Positions 1-14,100 of a DNA stretch of 34,622 nt are shown here, piece by piece. Location: assembly GCA_000934665.2 (NCBI GenBank), contig KZ539063.1, positions 1 to 34,622 of the forward strand, given 5' to 3'. Origin of the DNA: Catajapyx aquilonaris. Lineage: Eukaryota. The stretch's first letter is position 1. Each line of letters starts with the position of its first letter. Under the pieces are notes generated by a model. It had not been told where the DNA came from, ran no database searches, and worked only from the letters and a program-made list of their open reading frames with translations. A program made the translations under genes and the position numbers.

Positions 1-353
1 CCCCCCCCCCCCTCTTTCCCTAAAGTCAATGTCGCGGGGGCCTTCTGAGCACTGTCGGGTTTCATTTTCCAGACTTCCCGCTTGTTTTTTGCAAATACCT
101 GGAATTACGCTCCGAGACAAGCTGATGGTGTTTCCACCCTTATTGATTTTCAGGCACCCTGTTTTTTTTTTGTGTGTGCTGCATGTACGGCTCAAGGGTG
201 TACAACTGTGGCTTGTAAGACTTTCAAAGTATGCACCAGCACCTTCCAAGAAGTGGCTAAATCAAAATTAATATAAACAGACGGTGAGCAAATATGGGCT
301 TTTAAAAAGCATGTTAACGTAAGTTTCAACCCAAAAGGATTCCTGCCAGAATT

Positions 354-893
354 AATTTTTATCGGAAGTTGTTCCTAATAAATAATATTAGATGATTTTA
401 AATGGCTACTGTCTGAGTAGTAAAAAATATGGACTTGAAAGTTGTAGATATTTAAAATGGTCACAGAAGGTGCCTGGAACCTGACACCACTTTAAATTTA
501 AATTTTGTGACAATTGCAAGTGATGCCGATTTTTGAGCCAAAATACTGGTCACTGTGATGAAATTTAAAATTTGAGTATGCATGATTCCCTCGTTGTTGT
601 TCCCCATTTCAGGTGTTGACATTGTTCAACCACCATTGAGTTCATCAAAGTCTAAGTACGGCTTAAAAAATTGTCCATAACATAACACTGTCATCAAATT
701 TAAAATAAAAATTCTAGAAGGTTCCTGTATAGGCCTTCTGTGGCATTCTTAAACGAAACAAAAAATCGCGGCAACTTTCACACTGAGATTTTCACTACAC
801 AGAGAGCAGATAGGTCTATAAGTACTGTACATGAAAACTGAGTTTCACTTCGTCATCAATATTATTATTTAGGAACAATTTCTACTATAAATT
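354..893. mobile_element. Degenerate foldback / MITE-like element with long inverted arms
   Basis: Collinear inverted blocks: 365-395 vs 853-882, TGAAAGTTG 436-444 vs 772-780, CACAGAAGG 462-470 vs 734-742, GGAACCT 476-482 vs 719-725, TGATGAA 556-562 vs 641-647. AT-rich, non-coding, with eroded termini. Confidence 0.7.
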
Positions 894-2107
894 ATCGCGG
901 TACACCACAAAATCAACCTTGTAAGGAATTCTTTCAGCCATTCCTTACTGTGCCAAGGCAGCAGTGGATGCCCAAATTCCCAGTTCAAGGAAGTGATCAG
1001 AATATTCTGCACATTATTTATGCATACAGGACACGTACCCAAAACTGCAGTAATTAGCAGTTGAATAATTACAAAGTGCATGGTTCTATCTACAGATAAG
1101 ATTGCAATATCTTGCTCGGGTTAAGTACAGTCAGGTTCTAACATCGTGATTTCGAAGTATTCTTGACATTTAGTGTCGGCCGCAATTTATCGGCCCCCTT
1201 GAACCCTATCTAATCAATGCATCTAACAATAAGTAACATGCAGATATGCCTACAGCACATTTAGATTTTAACATCAGCTCCATCCCAAAATCACAACAGC
1301 TGTCCACTCTCCCGCAACACAAACAGAAACAAACCCCTGCCCCAATATTAACAAGCCCATTATTTCACACGACCTAGTCACGACCCTTTAGCGTTGCGGT
1401 TTCGACGTTTCAGGATCCATAATTCAACACTTGTCAGCGTAAACAGATCTCCCCTGTCCAACAACAGTCAGCAGCCGTCATATCCTCAATCTGGATGTCA
1501 TTAAAAAGAGGGTGGGCTCACGGCCGTAAATCAATGCAATACTGTCCCACACACACAAAAAATCCACCGCAATGCTCTCGAATTCTTACGTCGTACTGTA
1601 CACCTCCTCGGAAAATGTCTTCGTGGCAGGCTTCCCCTGAGGAAATCCCTCGACACCTACCCCCCTTCAAATTGTCGTTCCAGGCCAAAGAAGCCAAGTG
1701 AATAATTCTTACGTCAAGCAGGGCGAAAAGTGGTGCTGGTGGGAATTGGTGGGGGTTACTGTTACTGGTTGGCCACCCCTCTAACTCCAGTTTTTTTTCT
1801 CTCTCTCTTCAAGGCCCCTGCAATGGTCGAAGTGCTTTTCAAACGAAAGGTGCTATACAAAAGAAACTGGGGGAAGGAAACCCGCCCCCTGCTGCCAACG
1901 GGGGCACTTGGGAAGATCCCTGAGGTGAGCCAACTTTGTGGACTCGGATGAAACTCAACGCCGAGACTTGGGGTCGAGGGGTAGGTTTTGCCCATTATAA
2001 AGTTTTTTCAACCGGGCCCCTCTTTGTCGGTCCTTGTTTGGCCAGGTCATGGTTCGGGTGGCTGTCGCGACAGTGCACACAAAAATCGCGCCGGGTAACA
2101 AAGAGGG

Positions 2108-2232
2108 CATTTCTAAAAATTAGGCGTGTGAATGCTCGCTATACCGCAACAAACTTTTTGTTTATCCAGAAATGCATTTTTTTAAATAACTTTTGACATT
2201 CCAAAAAAATTAGGCTAGTGAATGCCCCGCTA
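2108..2232. repeat. Degenerate ~35-bp direct repeat, period ~90 bp
   Basis: CATTTCTAAAAATTAGGCGTGTGAATGCTCGCTA (2108-2141) vs CATTCCAAAAAAATTAGGCTAGTGAATGCCCCGCTA (2197-2232). Confidence 0.6.
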
Positions 2233-5200
2233 ATAAAAATCCGGATAGGATTTGGCTATTTCCGTTTGCGATTCTTCATCACAAACATGCTTTCAAAGCT
2301 GGGCTCTATATGTTGCCCCTCAGGACCATCATGCAAGGCGAATCAGGTCTCCCCCATTGCCTACCACATAAAAAATATATATAACTTAGAGGGTAGAAAT
2401 GCCAGGGCCGAGACTCGGGCTCTGCCAGACAGACATAACCCAAAAGCCATCGATCAATTTCAGCACTAGTCTCGACTCTCAGACCTCTCTCTGCTGCCCA
2501 TCGCGCTCTAAATTGATGTCCCGGACACCTATCGCACACTGCCAAAAGTTGGTGGGTCCTTTTCACACTACATCTACATCAGAGCAGCCATATTCAGCCA
2601 TGAAGCTCAATAGACTCCACCGCCCGTAATGCAGGCTCAAATTTGAAAGCCCAGCGGGATAATATAAATAAAAATCGAGTTAATAATAATGTAGGCTTCG
2701 CCGCATCCGGAAAGGTACTTTCCTTTTATATCGAGAGATAACACAATAGCGCAATGGCCGGAAAATTCCGGCTCATTTCGCCGTTTCCATGCTTCATCGC
2801 AAATCAACAGTGCCACTTCCCATGCAAGGCACGAGACCTGGTCCGAGGTCAAAACCTGCACAATTCCGGTTACACTTCCTAATTACACTCCCACGCTAGG
2901 GTGTACTGTCCCGTATAAATGAATGGATCGCTTCTGTCCCGCAACACCTGCCCTAACGAGACCCCCGGTGTCATCCTGACCTTCCGATTTTCGTTATCGC
3001 CCATATATGCAAATTAACTTTCACTCTTTCATACGCATGACGTGCTCTAAACAATAAGCCACCTGAGGATCGTGACCAGCAATTTTTTTACCCACCTAAC
3101 AGCACGACTTTGGCATTACCCCCTTGCCACCTTCATTAGCGCAAATATCCTAAAGCAACAACCGGATCGATCATAGTCAGCCCCAAATATCTACTTTTAT
3201 GCTTTTCCCCCGGACCCATCATAATAATAAGCGGAGTGAGGGTGGCATTATGGTCATCCCCATAAACCTCGCCTATACAACATGCATATCATATTGATTG
3301 CAGTTGCCACGCAGCTGCCGTACAGCTATGAGTTCTCCAGCTGCTAGAAGCGTGTTATGCTGATACATCCAGCCAATTTCCCACCCCGAAAAGCAACCTC
3401 ACCTTAATATGTACGTGTATGTGCCTGCGGCCCGTTTCCGGTAATTCATTACGGCCCGCACGCGCAAGCACTTCATGACGTTTCAACCCGACTTGATCGT
3501 TCATTAATTTGGAGCCAGGCAGGGCAGGGGTGGGATGAGTACAGGCATTAAAATAGCAATTATTGTGATGGTGCGACACTCTTTTACAGGGTCATTCCGA
3601 CGAATGCCCGGTTGCTTGATCAGATAATAGTACAGACGCAACACTCAATATTAAGCAAATATCAGATTAGAAAATAACACAGTTTTCCCATTCATTTCAC
3701 ATTTGACTGATACAACCAACCTTAAATAAGTGCTTGATTTTTCCCGCATTCGTAATGTGCGAAACCTGGTTGAGACAAGCTGTTCGCCGCATTTCTGACT
3801 ACATCGGGCAGCAGTTCGGACCCCCGCCATTCAAAACTTTGGCCGGGGTATGGCGGGTCAAGCCAGCACTGGCAAAGCCCCCACCTGGCAAGGCACGCGG
3901 ATTACACGCTCCTGCACATGTTGTTTGCCCACACTTTCCGACAACAAAGCCGGCCGCAAAGCACCAGCCTGCAAACGCCCCCGCAGCCATCAATTACCTG
4001 CTCTGTCATACTTGCCAAAAGCTCAAGGACNCCCCCCCCGCCCTCAAAAAAAAAGAAACAAAAATCCTTAGCCTACAGTGCCAATAAAAGAAACTGCTGG
4101 CTGAGAGACTTTCTTTCCAGGCCTGCTGCTCTCAATATCAAATCGGCGGAACCGTCGCTCGGGACGATCAGATATGTAACTTATCGGCTGATGAAATCAA
4201 CCGTCTTTCCTTCTGTCAATTCTCGAAGGGGAAGGAGGAAAATCTCGTCAAGTATCTTCGACGTGAAATAACCTGCGGGGTGACCTGAAGCTGAAGGAGA
4301 ATTAACAGCAACAAATATTTTCAAATATACCTCAGCAGGGCACTGTCTGCCTTTGTTGTATATTTTACATTGTTACACAACGCGACCTCGTAACAGTCCA
4401 GATGTTCACTTAACAATCGATTACTTTTTTCTGTGGAATAGAAATACGGGTGCTTGCAAATGGCGAGCTGTCTAGTTGATGGAAATCAGTGTTCTATATA
4501 TACTGTCAAAAAATTCATGACACGTTCAAGCACATTTTGCATCGGATCTGACGAAATTGAATGTCACGCTGTATTATGGAAACGCACGCAGAACATGAAT
4601 AAAGTATGACAGGGATAAGAATAATATACTTCACATGAAGTCATATCCTTCAAGACTTATCGTGATTCATGGCTGGTGTATAGCAATATTTCTGCTCAGC
4701 GGCTACCTTGAAGGAGGCAACTGACGCTTTCTACGACCTCAAGTTCTGCAAGCACCACTAGGTCACATTAATCTAACAAAGTGCTTACTTCAACGAGTCG
4801 TTAAGACTTAGTAATTAAATTTAAGCTGACACTGGATATTGTGGATTTTTCATGATTCGATGGCTCTATCCCTATACATATTGGGATATTTATAAGAGCC
4901 CCTAAATCTAAAAGGTCGCAGGGTATCCTATTCATTGTACTTTAAAAATTAAATTGACGCTTTAAAATAGCACCTATTATGAGAACAATAACCCTCCAGA
5001 ATTTCAATCTCCTAACACCTCCATTTTCCATCAAAATATTATCCCCCAACCGGAATGTCAAACTGCTGACTACCAGATTTACCCTCAAAAAAATCCCTCC
5101 CCAAGAACCAACAAAAGTGATTGTGGTTTCCCCCACAAAGTGTGGGAGCCTACTTGCAGCAAAGGTTCACGGAGTTGTTAGCCTCACAAATCAGCAGGGA

Positions 5201-7576
5201 GATTTGGAATTGTCCGCTAGCCAGAGCACATGCCCCCAATACGTGTCCTCGACTCTATGAAAAGAGGTAGAGAAGAGGGGATTCTAAAGAAGGGGGCTTC
5301 GCATAAATGAAAATCTCCCTCCCATACACAAGTAGTTTGGAATTGACGTCAAGAGTAGGGGGCAAGCCTGAATTGGCGGGAGGTCCTCCTTTCTTAATAA
5401 ACCAACAATGTTCCGCACACAAAGGTGGTTTCCTGACTGTACACCGCAGCATCTATCCGGAGTTGCTATATAGACACCGAGGGATCATCGGTGCGGCGAG
5501 GCTGACATTCCTCCACGGCATCTCAGCCTTTCCCCATGCCGGAAATTCCACCGCATATTTCAGCCACGGACTTCTCTCGCCCTACGTGCACGCCTCTTAC
5601 CTGCCAGCCCTTTTTGCCTTATTCCATCGGCCAAAATGCAGGGGGCGCCAAAAGTGGTAATTGGAAGGCGGGTGGTTATTAGTAGCGCCAAACCCATTAG
5701 AGTCAGTGTACAAGGCGAATCATGCTGTCTAACCTTCCTGATGTATAGACGATTATGGCCAGACGCGGTCATTCCCATTTAATTCAACACACTGATACCC
5801 GGTTTGTGCTCTATGGATGTAAACAAGGTGTTAAAGCTTTCACTAACTGTACAAGTTATGTGGGGTATTCCGTAACTATCAACAAAATTCTAGGGCGAAT
5901 TCCTGGCCACCTTTGTGCTCATATATTTGTTAGTCCGCGACACCTTGTCACTGATATAGTTGAACGCATTCCTACTTGACAGGCAACACTGAGATCTTGC
6001 TGATCACAATATGCTGGGAGTCAGCAGTTGGCCGGGAACACTGTAGTAGCCAAAAACAAGGTGAACTCTATATCAAGAAAAATTGGGTAACATACTACTA
6101 TACACCCCAAAGCAACTTCTTTGTCCTCCACTGCGGCTTTTTTTATATTCCAATCCCCCCCTGTGCTTCTCCACCCTGTTTTTATTTGGCGTACTGACTA
6201 GCCCTGATGTGGAGGGTTGGATCCCGCACAACGAAACGCTAGCTGCCGCTGCCATCGATTTAGTGCGGTAAAGCAATCGAACAGTGTATAAATGAAAAGC
6301 GTCGAGACCGCAAAAAGGGGGCCCGGGGGCAATGCTGGACAACCGCTCCGTGAATTTACAAAATAACGACTGGGGTGTGTTGGCCCCATGCCGCTCCGCC
6401 ATTTATCCTCCTATTACCAATTCCCGTTGTCACCCGAGGAAACTTTTGTCTGCGGCTCGCCCGGAAATCCACAAGTGAAAGGAATGTCTTCGTTTTCGGC
6501 GTGGCTGGGTCCTCAACAAGAGAAGTTGGGGAGGATCCTCCCTTCTATTTACTTGGCCAGCTGTTAGCGCCTATCTCACACCCATCAGCCCACACAATTC
6601 CTCCCTTTTCCTCTTATCTTACTCGCCTCTTACCCATTTTCTAGACGGCTCCAAAAAAAGAGAAAGAAATCCCATTCGCTACATCTAACGTCTATATTCT
6701 TACTCGTGAAGTGTCAACCGGGTACACAAACAGCAATGGTCACCCTCCCTACTCCTAATCGGAAACTGCAGTCCAGTAAGTAGGTTTTGATAACTATTTA
6801 AAGTAACCATGTATAGCTACGTAATAAGCATCTAAGTGCCATATTTGTAGGGCAAATGTTTTGGATCGCCCTGTACTGTACATAGTTGCAAATAAATTGT
6901 TTGTGATGGAAATCGCTACATTGCCGTATGAGCCTCCTGCCACGTGCATACCAAGTACTTCACATTGTCAGCAATTAAGTCAGGGTCAGAGCTGCTGATC
7001 GCAAAATTTATTATCTCTAGTATTCAACCCTTGGGGTCAGCTAGTACACACATTATGTTATCAAACGTGGACTCCCGACCATTTATTTCCAATTATCCTG
7101 AGCCCACTTCTGGGGTGGAACAATTAAAAGCCCCTGGATGAATGCTGAGGTGTGCAAAACTCGTGTTTTCAAGAGATCAATAATCGCTACCCCATGCCAT
7201 ATAATTCGCTCCGTACTATTACGTGCTATTAATTAGTCTATTTTGAGAGAGCCGAGCGTTTGCATTTGCTGAAACAATAGTCGCTCCCCTCCTTTTTTTG
7301 TTGTACCCTCGTCACCTTTCAGACCCGTCACCCAGGAGGAAGCAGGTGACAAACCCTTGCAAATGCAGCATCCCACCCCCACCCCCCGATAGTCTATCTT
7401 CACACTAGCGCTCGTTTCACGCCTATTAGCATGCAGTTGGCGTGCGCTCCAAAAGCTCATCGTCGATAGGTCCCGCACCCTGACTGGTAAAAAAGAGCAT
7501 TTCTGCTCCACGTTATATCTGGATGCCAGCGCAGCCTCCGGACGAGAGAGAGAGAAAAAAAAGGTGGGCCTGATAC

Positions 7577-7617
7577 ATACCCCCACCCGCCAAAAAACAT
7601 GGGGCGGGCGGGGGTAT
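7577..7617 (-). repeat. GC-rich 15-bp inverted repeat with 11-nt loop
   Basis: ATACCCCCACCCGCC (7577-7591) and GGCGGGCGGGGGTAT (7603-7617) are 14/15 complementary. Confidence 0.65.
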
Positions 7618-9348
7618 CACTAGAGCCGACTAATTGTGTTTTAGAAGACAAGACTGGCATGCCCACCTACCCTCCATGCAACTCATTTCGCTACAGGGAG
7701 CCCCCATGTTTCACGCTGACTGATTTCCCACTGCATCCGGTGGCCTGCTGCTGCGGTGCGGGTTTTGTTTTGCTTCTGCTGCTGCCAACCAAAATCAGCC
7801 CCGCGTTTCCACAACTCACCGCAGATTATTTTTTGGGAAAGGGCCTCTTTTTTTTTTTAAACTTCTCAATCGACAACAGCAGGCCGTTAAGAAACAACCA
7901 GCAGTCAACAGGATCTGACACCCGAAATTTTCTGGCTAAATTTTCATTGATACTGGAGAATCCAAAATAAGGTCATTCTCACTGCAACTCCCAAGAGCGG
8001 CTGCACTTTGCACCTTAAATTCATCCCTTCATTTAAAATTCATTAAAATTGGCGTGCTTTACACAACACAACCTTAAGCTGGCCGAACCCACTCCGACGG
8101 ATCCACACCCGGATCCCTAATGTTACCAGACCAATTATTCTTTACTCCCCTGCCTGCTTTTCCCCTATGTTCTTTAGACGTGGCTGCAACGGTTGCGAGG
8201 CGATTAAGTATGCTTACTAACAACCTTGGGGAGTATCGGGTTTCCTAGACGAGGCTAATAATTAACCTACTAACTCACCATCTCGTTAATGAATTTGTCC
8301 AGGCAGCATGCAAATGCAGGTCACTTGCTGCCTGTGTCTAGCAAGTAAATTTATAGCCGGAGGAATACCATCTCTTATTTATGTCACTTGCAGGAAACAC
8401 TTTGCCCAAATCTCCGGACTACTACGTGATCGTTTTGCCAATAATTTCGTGCAGTATGAAAGCTACTGGTACCATACAGTTGCACGTAACCGATGAAAAG
8501 TCTGAAACACTAATCGTACGTACCCAGCAGCTTTGCCAGAAACTTAAAATTGTTTAATTAGTTTCAAATTTACTCCACTAACGACTGCAATAGACAAATC
8601 AGTTCTTCATGGCAAAACCTATATTCACTTAACGCAATGTAATTTGTAAACGATCAACTCCTATCGCAGGGCTAATTTATATGCTTATACTTATATTTTA
8701 TTTTTCAAGTCCGTCTTATACAACCTGCCAATCCAAACAATAACCCTGGCAGTTCGATATCATACAATCCACTTCTGCCATTTGCAACCTTTCAGGTATT
8801 ATGCCATAAATGTTTCGTCCAAACTATACAACCATAAGCATTCCCCTGTCCATTTCGCATGAACGTCACGAGATCGATGTTTAATTAAATATTAACTACT
8901 AGCCTGCCTTGACTGCTTCATTCCACGTCTGTCTCGATACAGTCATTTCTGAACCCCCTATTCATCTCACGCTTTCATCCTGCAATGAAAAAGCGATACT
9001 GCCCTCCCTATTACAGACCCTCAAATCCTATCAAATACTAAACCCACACGCCTCAAGTTACTGCAGCTTATTTTTATACCATACAATAACTCTTAAGCCT
9101 CTCCAACTTCCACTGTAAAGAGCAACACTGCACATAACTGTACCTCCACCTCCAGAGAAAAAGTCACTCCTCCAGAACCTGTGACTTTAAAAAAAACGTG
9201 AAGACCAGGACGCTAATCCCTTCAGATTACTCCAATAAATCCTGCAGGTCTTCATTCAGCGGGGGCTAATCTGTGCCGCTCAAGTCTGATACAATCAGGG
9301 CGAGAAACCCGAGAGAACCTTTGCCGACACACTACCGAAGAGGCATCC

Positions 9349-9369
9349 CCTCCTCCTCCTCCTCCTCCT
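9349..9369. repeat. (CCT)7 microsatellite
   Basis: Read directly from the sequence. Confidence 0.9.
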
Positions 9370-11120
9370 CTTCTCGGTCCCCTCCCTGTTTTCCTAATCG
9401 ACCCCTTCTCCAGCTCCCCAGTTCCTCCTAAGCAGTTTCCTCTCATGAAATATGTCACCATACACTCCAGACCCCACAATGCACGTCGTTTCGAGCTCCT
9501 GGCAACTGGTCAACTCCAGCAAACCCCCCTGAAGAAACTCTTAGAACTTTTCCACTTAGTAGGTGGAAAATATCCAGCATTTTCTATACTATACTGTACT
9601 AAAGTATAAAAGGAAGAAACAAAAATATTTGCAGTTTGCCCATAAAAATTAATGGAAGGCGTTTGATCATTAATTTGAAATACATTTTTCAATTTATATA
9701 CGCTGCAACTGACCGGGTGAACGTGCAAAATAATTGCACACCAACTTGCATTTTTATCCACCCCATGATCTCGCAGTTAGTCAATTTGGCCCGCGTCAAA
9801 TCAATTTGTATTATCGCCTGCTGTGTTGGGGGGGGTGACACCGCAACTTTTACGCTACCGGTACCTCCTTATCAATTACAACCCCCCATGCATGCACCTC
9901 GCTATCGTCGTGCCTTCTTCCGGCTTCTCACATGAAGGGCCTCCACACATGCGATACACACAGCCGAGTGCCAGACAGCATTTTTCTTCGTCCCCAAAAA
10001 TAGTGTTGGCTCCCCTAATATTCAGAGCATGACTAGCCCCGTTTGCACATACCCCCTTTACAAAATATATGACATTGTGCCCGTATTACTTACGGGCCCG
10101 CTTTCAGCAATCTGATTTCTCTTTTGCGCATTCGAAGCCGCATTACTCGACCTATTAGCTCCACTAACAATCCCCTCCACTTTTCCCACCTCTTTTGGAT
10201 TCCGCGATACGTTTTCTGGCGCCGAAACGAAAACGATTACAGGCCCGACTCGGTTCCTAATGCATGTTCTCGAGCCCACTGTTTCCTCTCCTGTCACTGT
10301 TAATATCGATTTTACCTTGGGCAAGCAGAGGAATCTGCAAAAGCGCTCGCCAACCGGCTAGGAAATCAATCGTTTTTCGGAGGAGGGGTTGGAATTGGCT
10401 CTCTGGCATCTCTTGTGCTTTCATTAGTCCGTGTGCTATGCTGCCGGGAATATACAGTCAGCTCGGTTCAAACTACTCAATTAGGTTCAAGGGTAGTCAA
10501 AAAAAATATATTGCAGTTCCTCAAATATTACATTTAGTTTTTTAAAAAGGTCCCATAATATATCACCAAATTAATTTTGTAACAAATTTTTCAGTACTCT
10601 CAACACCCTCATCCTACTCCTAACAGGTCCTTCGACCCAACAGGATGAACCCCCCAGCTTCCAAAATGGAGCCGGCCAATTTCCTAATACCCTGCATAAT
10701 GAGCCATCGGTGCGTCCACACCCCTCGTAACTGTTCGGGGTCGTAAAAAAAAAATACTCGCAAAAAAAAAAATAAGGTTACGATTACTCCCGGGGTTCTA
10801 AATGGGCCACCTTTGTACAGCCACTTTTGGGCTGGCTGGCTATTATTTTGCGCCGGCCGGTCAAGACCTATCATTGCAAAGAGCAGCACAAAGTGGAGCT
10901 TTAATTACATGGCGCGGTGCTTGATGTTTGCTCAGCAAACAAGGCGCAGTTAGGTAGCGAATAATGAGCCCTATAATTCTTCCCCCAGAATTCATTGATG
11001 GCATGAAAAAACATGCGCATCGCGATTCTGAGGATGTGTAAACTGGGGATGTAACAATTAAATTTAAAATGATTTGCTAGTGTGGACAATGTATACAAAA
11101 ACCTAGCCTTCATAGTAACG

Positions 11121-11186
11121 CATAGGTGGAATTTTCATCTCACTGCTAGTAACTTTACTAGCAGTGAGACGAATATTCCACCCATG
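11121..11186. repeat. Near-perfect 66-bp palindrome / hairpin
   Basis: Arms 11121-11152 and 11155-11186 are 29/32 complementary with a 2-nt spacer. Confidence 0.9.
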
Positions 11187-14100
11187 ATCTTTTACAGTAT
11201 TATGGGCAGCACAGTGGTTCATATTGGCCAAAGAGTGTGCATGTAGCCGTCATAAAACTTGAATTCGCCTTTCAACTCCGAACATGCTTCTCTTTGAAAC
11301 CCGCCACACTTCAACTTCCTCCTTACTTTGCAGTTTGCATGAAGGCAAAAATAATCTGAGAATACAACAGCTGGGGGTGTTTGTGAAACGATTCCGCCTC
11401 ACCACTTCCTTTTTGCATATACAACTCTGGAAGTAGAAAAAAAAAACCCCCCACCAAGGCCAGTCTGCAAGAATCCCATAGAGTCAGGACTTCCAAGTAG
11501 GAAAACCGTCTTGGAAGCTAGATCGATAGTCGACTTGGAGTCAGATCCGGATGACCACAAGGCCAGCTCCTCACTTATTCACACAGGCGCGCTTCCAATT
11601 GGGTCCCCTCCCATCCTACCCTCCGATCCCCCCGTCTTTATTACATCCTCTTCTTTCCATCCGAGGAATCGCATCGGTTGTGCGGAATCCGCCTCGGGGA
11701 CCCCCCCATACCCTGGGTTCTCCCCCTCCCAAATCCTTCTAACTACTCGCTCAAACTTAGCAGCTGCCGCCTTGCCTTTGATGTTGGCAAGCGCTCTTTC
11801 CCTTTCCCCAATCCTCATACCTTTTGATGTGATGGCGGCTTATTCACATGTGCTACCCCCGAAGGGGATGTCCAATCTCATCCGGACAGTTTGTAGGTTG
11901 CACCGGAGAGCCAAAATAAAAAATAAATAAAAAAGGAGGCTCGTTGTATCTATATAATTTTTCACATACAACATACTGACTGTGAGTGCAAATAGTGCAC
12001 ACCCAGGCCTAACTCTCCAAAGTTTCTGTCGGTATCGATACGATATCTGAGAGCCGTGTGCCCTGAAGCCTCGCCTCCCTCCGAAATCCCCAGGACCACA
12101 GCATCCGCCGACTTCAATATATTGGTAATCCCAGTCAAAGTAGGAGGCCAGATCACTTCTCCAGGGAGGGCAAAACCCAGGCTCAATTCCTCCGATATCG
12201 CCAGAAGCACACCAAAGCATTTCGGTGCTCGCTCTCGCACACTCGGAAAAGGGGCCTTAATTTCTCCTCAAAACGCATTCCGCTGGGTAACATTAGAAAC
12301 GGGGCAATCGGTGTAATTATATAAGTACTGGCTATAAATAAACCACCAGGGGTTTGTGTTTATAATGCTGCTAATCATGCAAGGCCCAGACTTGTCATGC
12401 AAACGCATAAATTCGGCGATAAGACTCCCCGAAGGTCTCCGAGAACAATCCTCAGCAATTACGAAGCCAGTGTTGTAACACCGCACGGCGCATCGACAAC
12501 GTAACGCCGGTTGTAATTACGCCCTTGCATGTTCCAACTTTTTTTTTTCATTCTCCCCAAATATAAAGTGCTCCAATGTGGATTTTTTTTGGGTGCGGAA
12601 TGGCGAATCAAATAGCTCTTTCCTTGAATGCTGACGAGACTGCTTCATAGCCCGAGTTGTATTCGGTAGCTCCCGAAGAAGGAATGTCTTCCAACCCCTC
12701 CTGCTACAACCTCTCCCCAACCTCTTTTGTCATGTCTGGGGGCCCTTCTCTCTCTCGTGCCCAGATGGAGGAGGGAGGGTTTTTGTCGGGGGTGGGTTTG
12801 CGGGGATGGGAGAGTTCTCTGAGCTGCATGAAGGCAAAGGCCTGGCTGGGGGAAGTCTCCCAGCAGGCGACTACGTGGGCCCCTCCAAAAGATCATAATC
12901 TGAGAAGGAAATACCAACATGGTTCTGCTTCAGAAATGTTCCAGATTGTCACTTTCTTCTACACGTCTGGGTATCAATAGACGCGGCTTGCGGCACAAAT
13001 CGCTGGAGGGTGTGCGGAAAATTGTACGATAACAGTACATCTTATCACATGTTAAAAATAGGTACGCATAATATCCACAATCAATCGCACATTAATGTCT
13101 AATAACGCAGCCATAAGCTTAAAATTCGAGCTGTAAATATAGAATGTAAACACTGGTTTAGGATATGCATCACGAAGGCCCAGCAAGCCCCGGAGATATC
13201 AATGTTTGTAAATTTTTTACTGCTGGTTGTTTGCTTGATTGATTGTTTACATAAGAAATCAAAGCTTTGCAGGGATTGTATCAATCCGGTCAACGGATCA
13301 TTGATATTGATTATTGGCAACAATAACAAATCATAACAAGGATAACACCTCGGTCGATGATCTGCCCTCAGTCTGAAGCTTTCTGTGGCTAGAAAAGTGG
13401 CACGAAAGTGAAACAACTATGGCCAATAAATTTATCCAGTTTCCCGTCTCATTTTCCAGCAGATAAATACTTCCAGGCAATACTCCTTCGAAAAGGCCAA
13501 AAATTTCGCTTAACAAAGTACATAAAATAACAAATGGACACCCCAAAATGGTTAGGTAAGCAGTGATCCAAATCTGGGGTGAAACACTTTGCTTTCACAC
13601 TTCGTTGCAACAGTTTGTGATCGGTAAGTGGATTCCAAGAATTTCCTCAAGATCTGAGGAGCTATTAACATTCAAGCCAATTTGCAGGAACTTTTGCTTT
13701 GGGAAAAGATTAGGAAACTGTTAGGCTCCTCGCCAACAGGGAATCTGCCAGGATAGGTGCTGCTGGATGCAGCAGCCAGTGCTCACAAAGAAGAAATCGC
13801 TGTATAAACTAAAACTTTGCCGACACAAATGGCAACTGGATAGGAGTTCAAACCCCCCCCCCCCCTGCCCTCCCCTTCTAAAAAAAAGAGAGTAACTCGA
13901 TTACTTTCCAACATTGCCGGCTGCGCTTTCAGACTCCTCCAAAACGGGCATAGTTGTCGTGACTCGGTTTAGATGCTTGCAGCTCAAATAACATGTTTCG
14001 ACCCCCATTCATACAATATGCATGGATTTTACATGCGTCCAATACCCCTTGGTTGAAGGGCTCCTTGTGACAGACTATTCACTGGCTATACACTAACGGC

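Noticed and set aside
4220..4310. Acceptor-like TTAATTCTCCTTCAG on minus as a possible exon 2 or recursive site
   Set aside because: The phase-0 frame reaches a stop within about 25 codons with no Tay-like sequence, and the following GT contexts are weak.
11511..12980. Cluster of 60-139 aa ORFs in a GC-richer intron patch
   Set aside because: Many begin at non-ATG codons and overlap on both strands, with no protein-like motifs or convincing splice boundaries.
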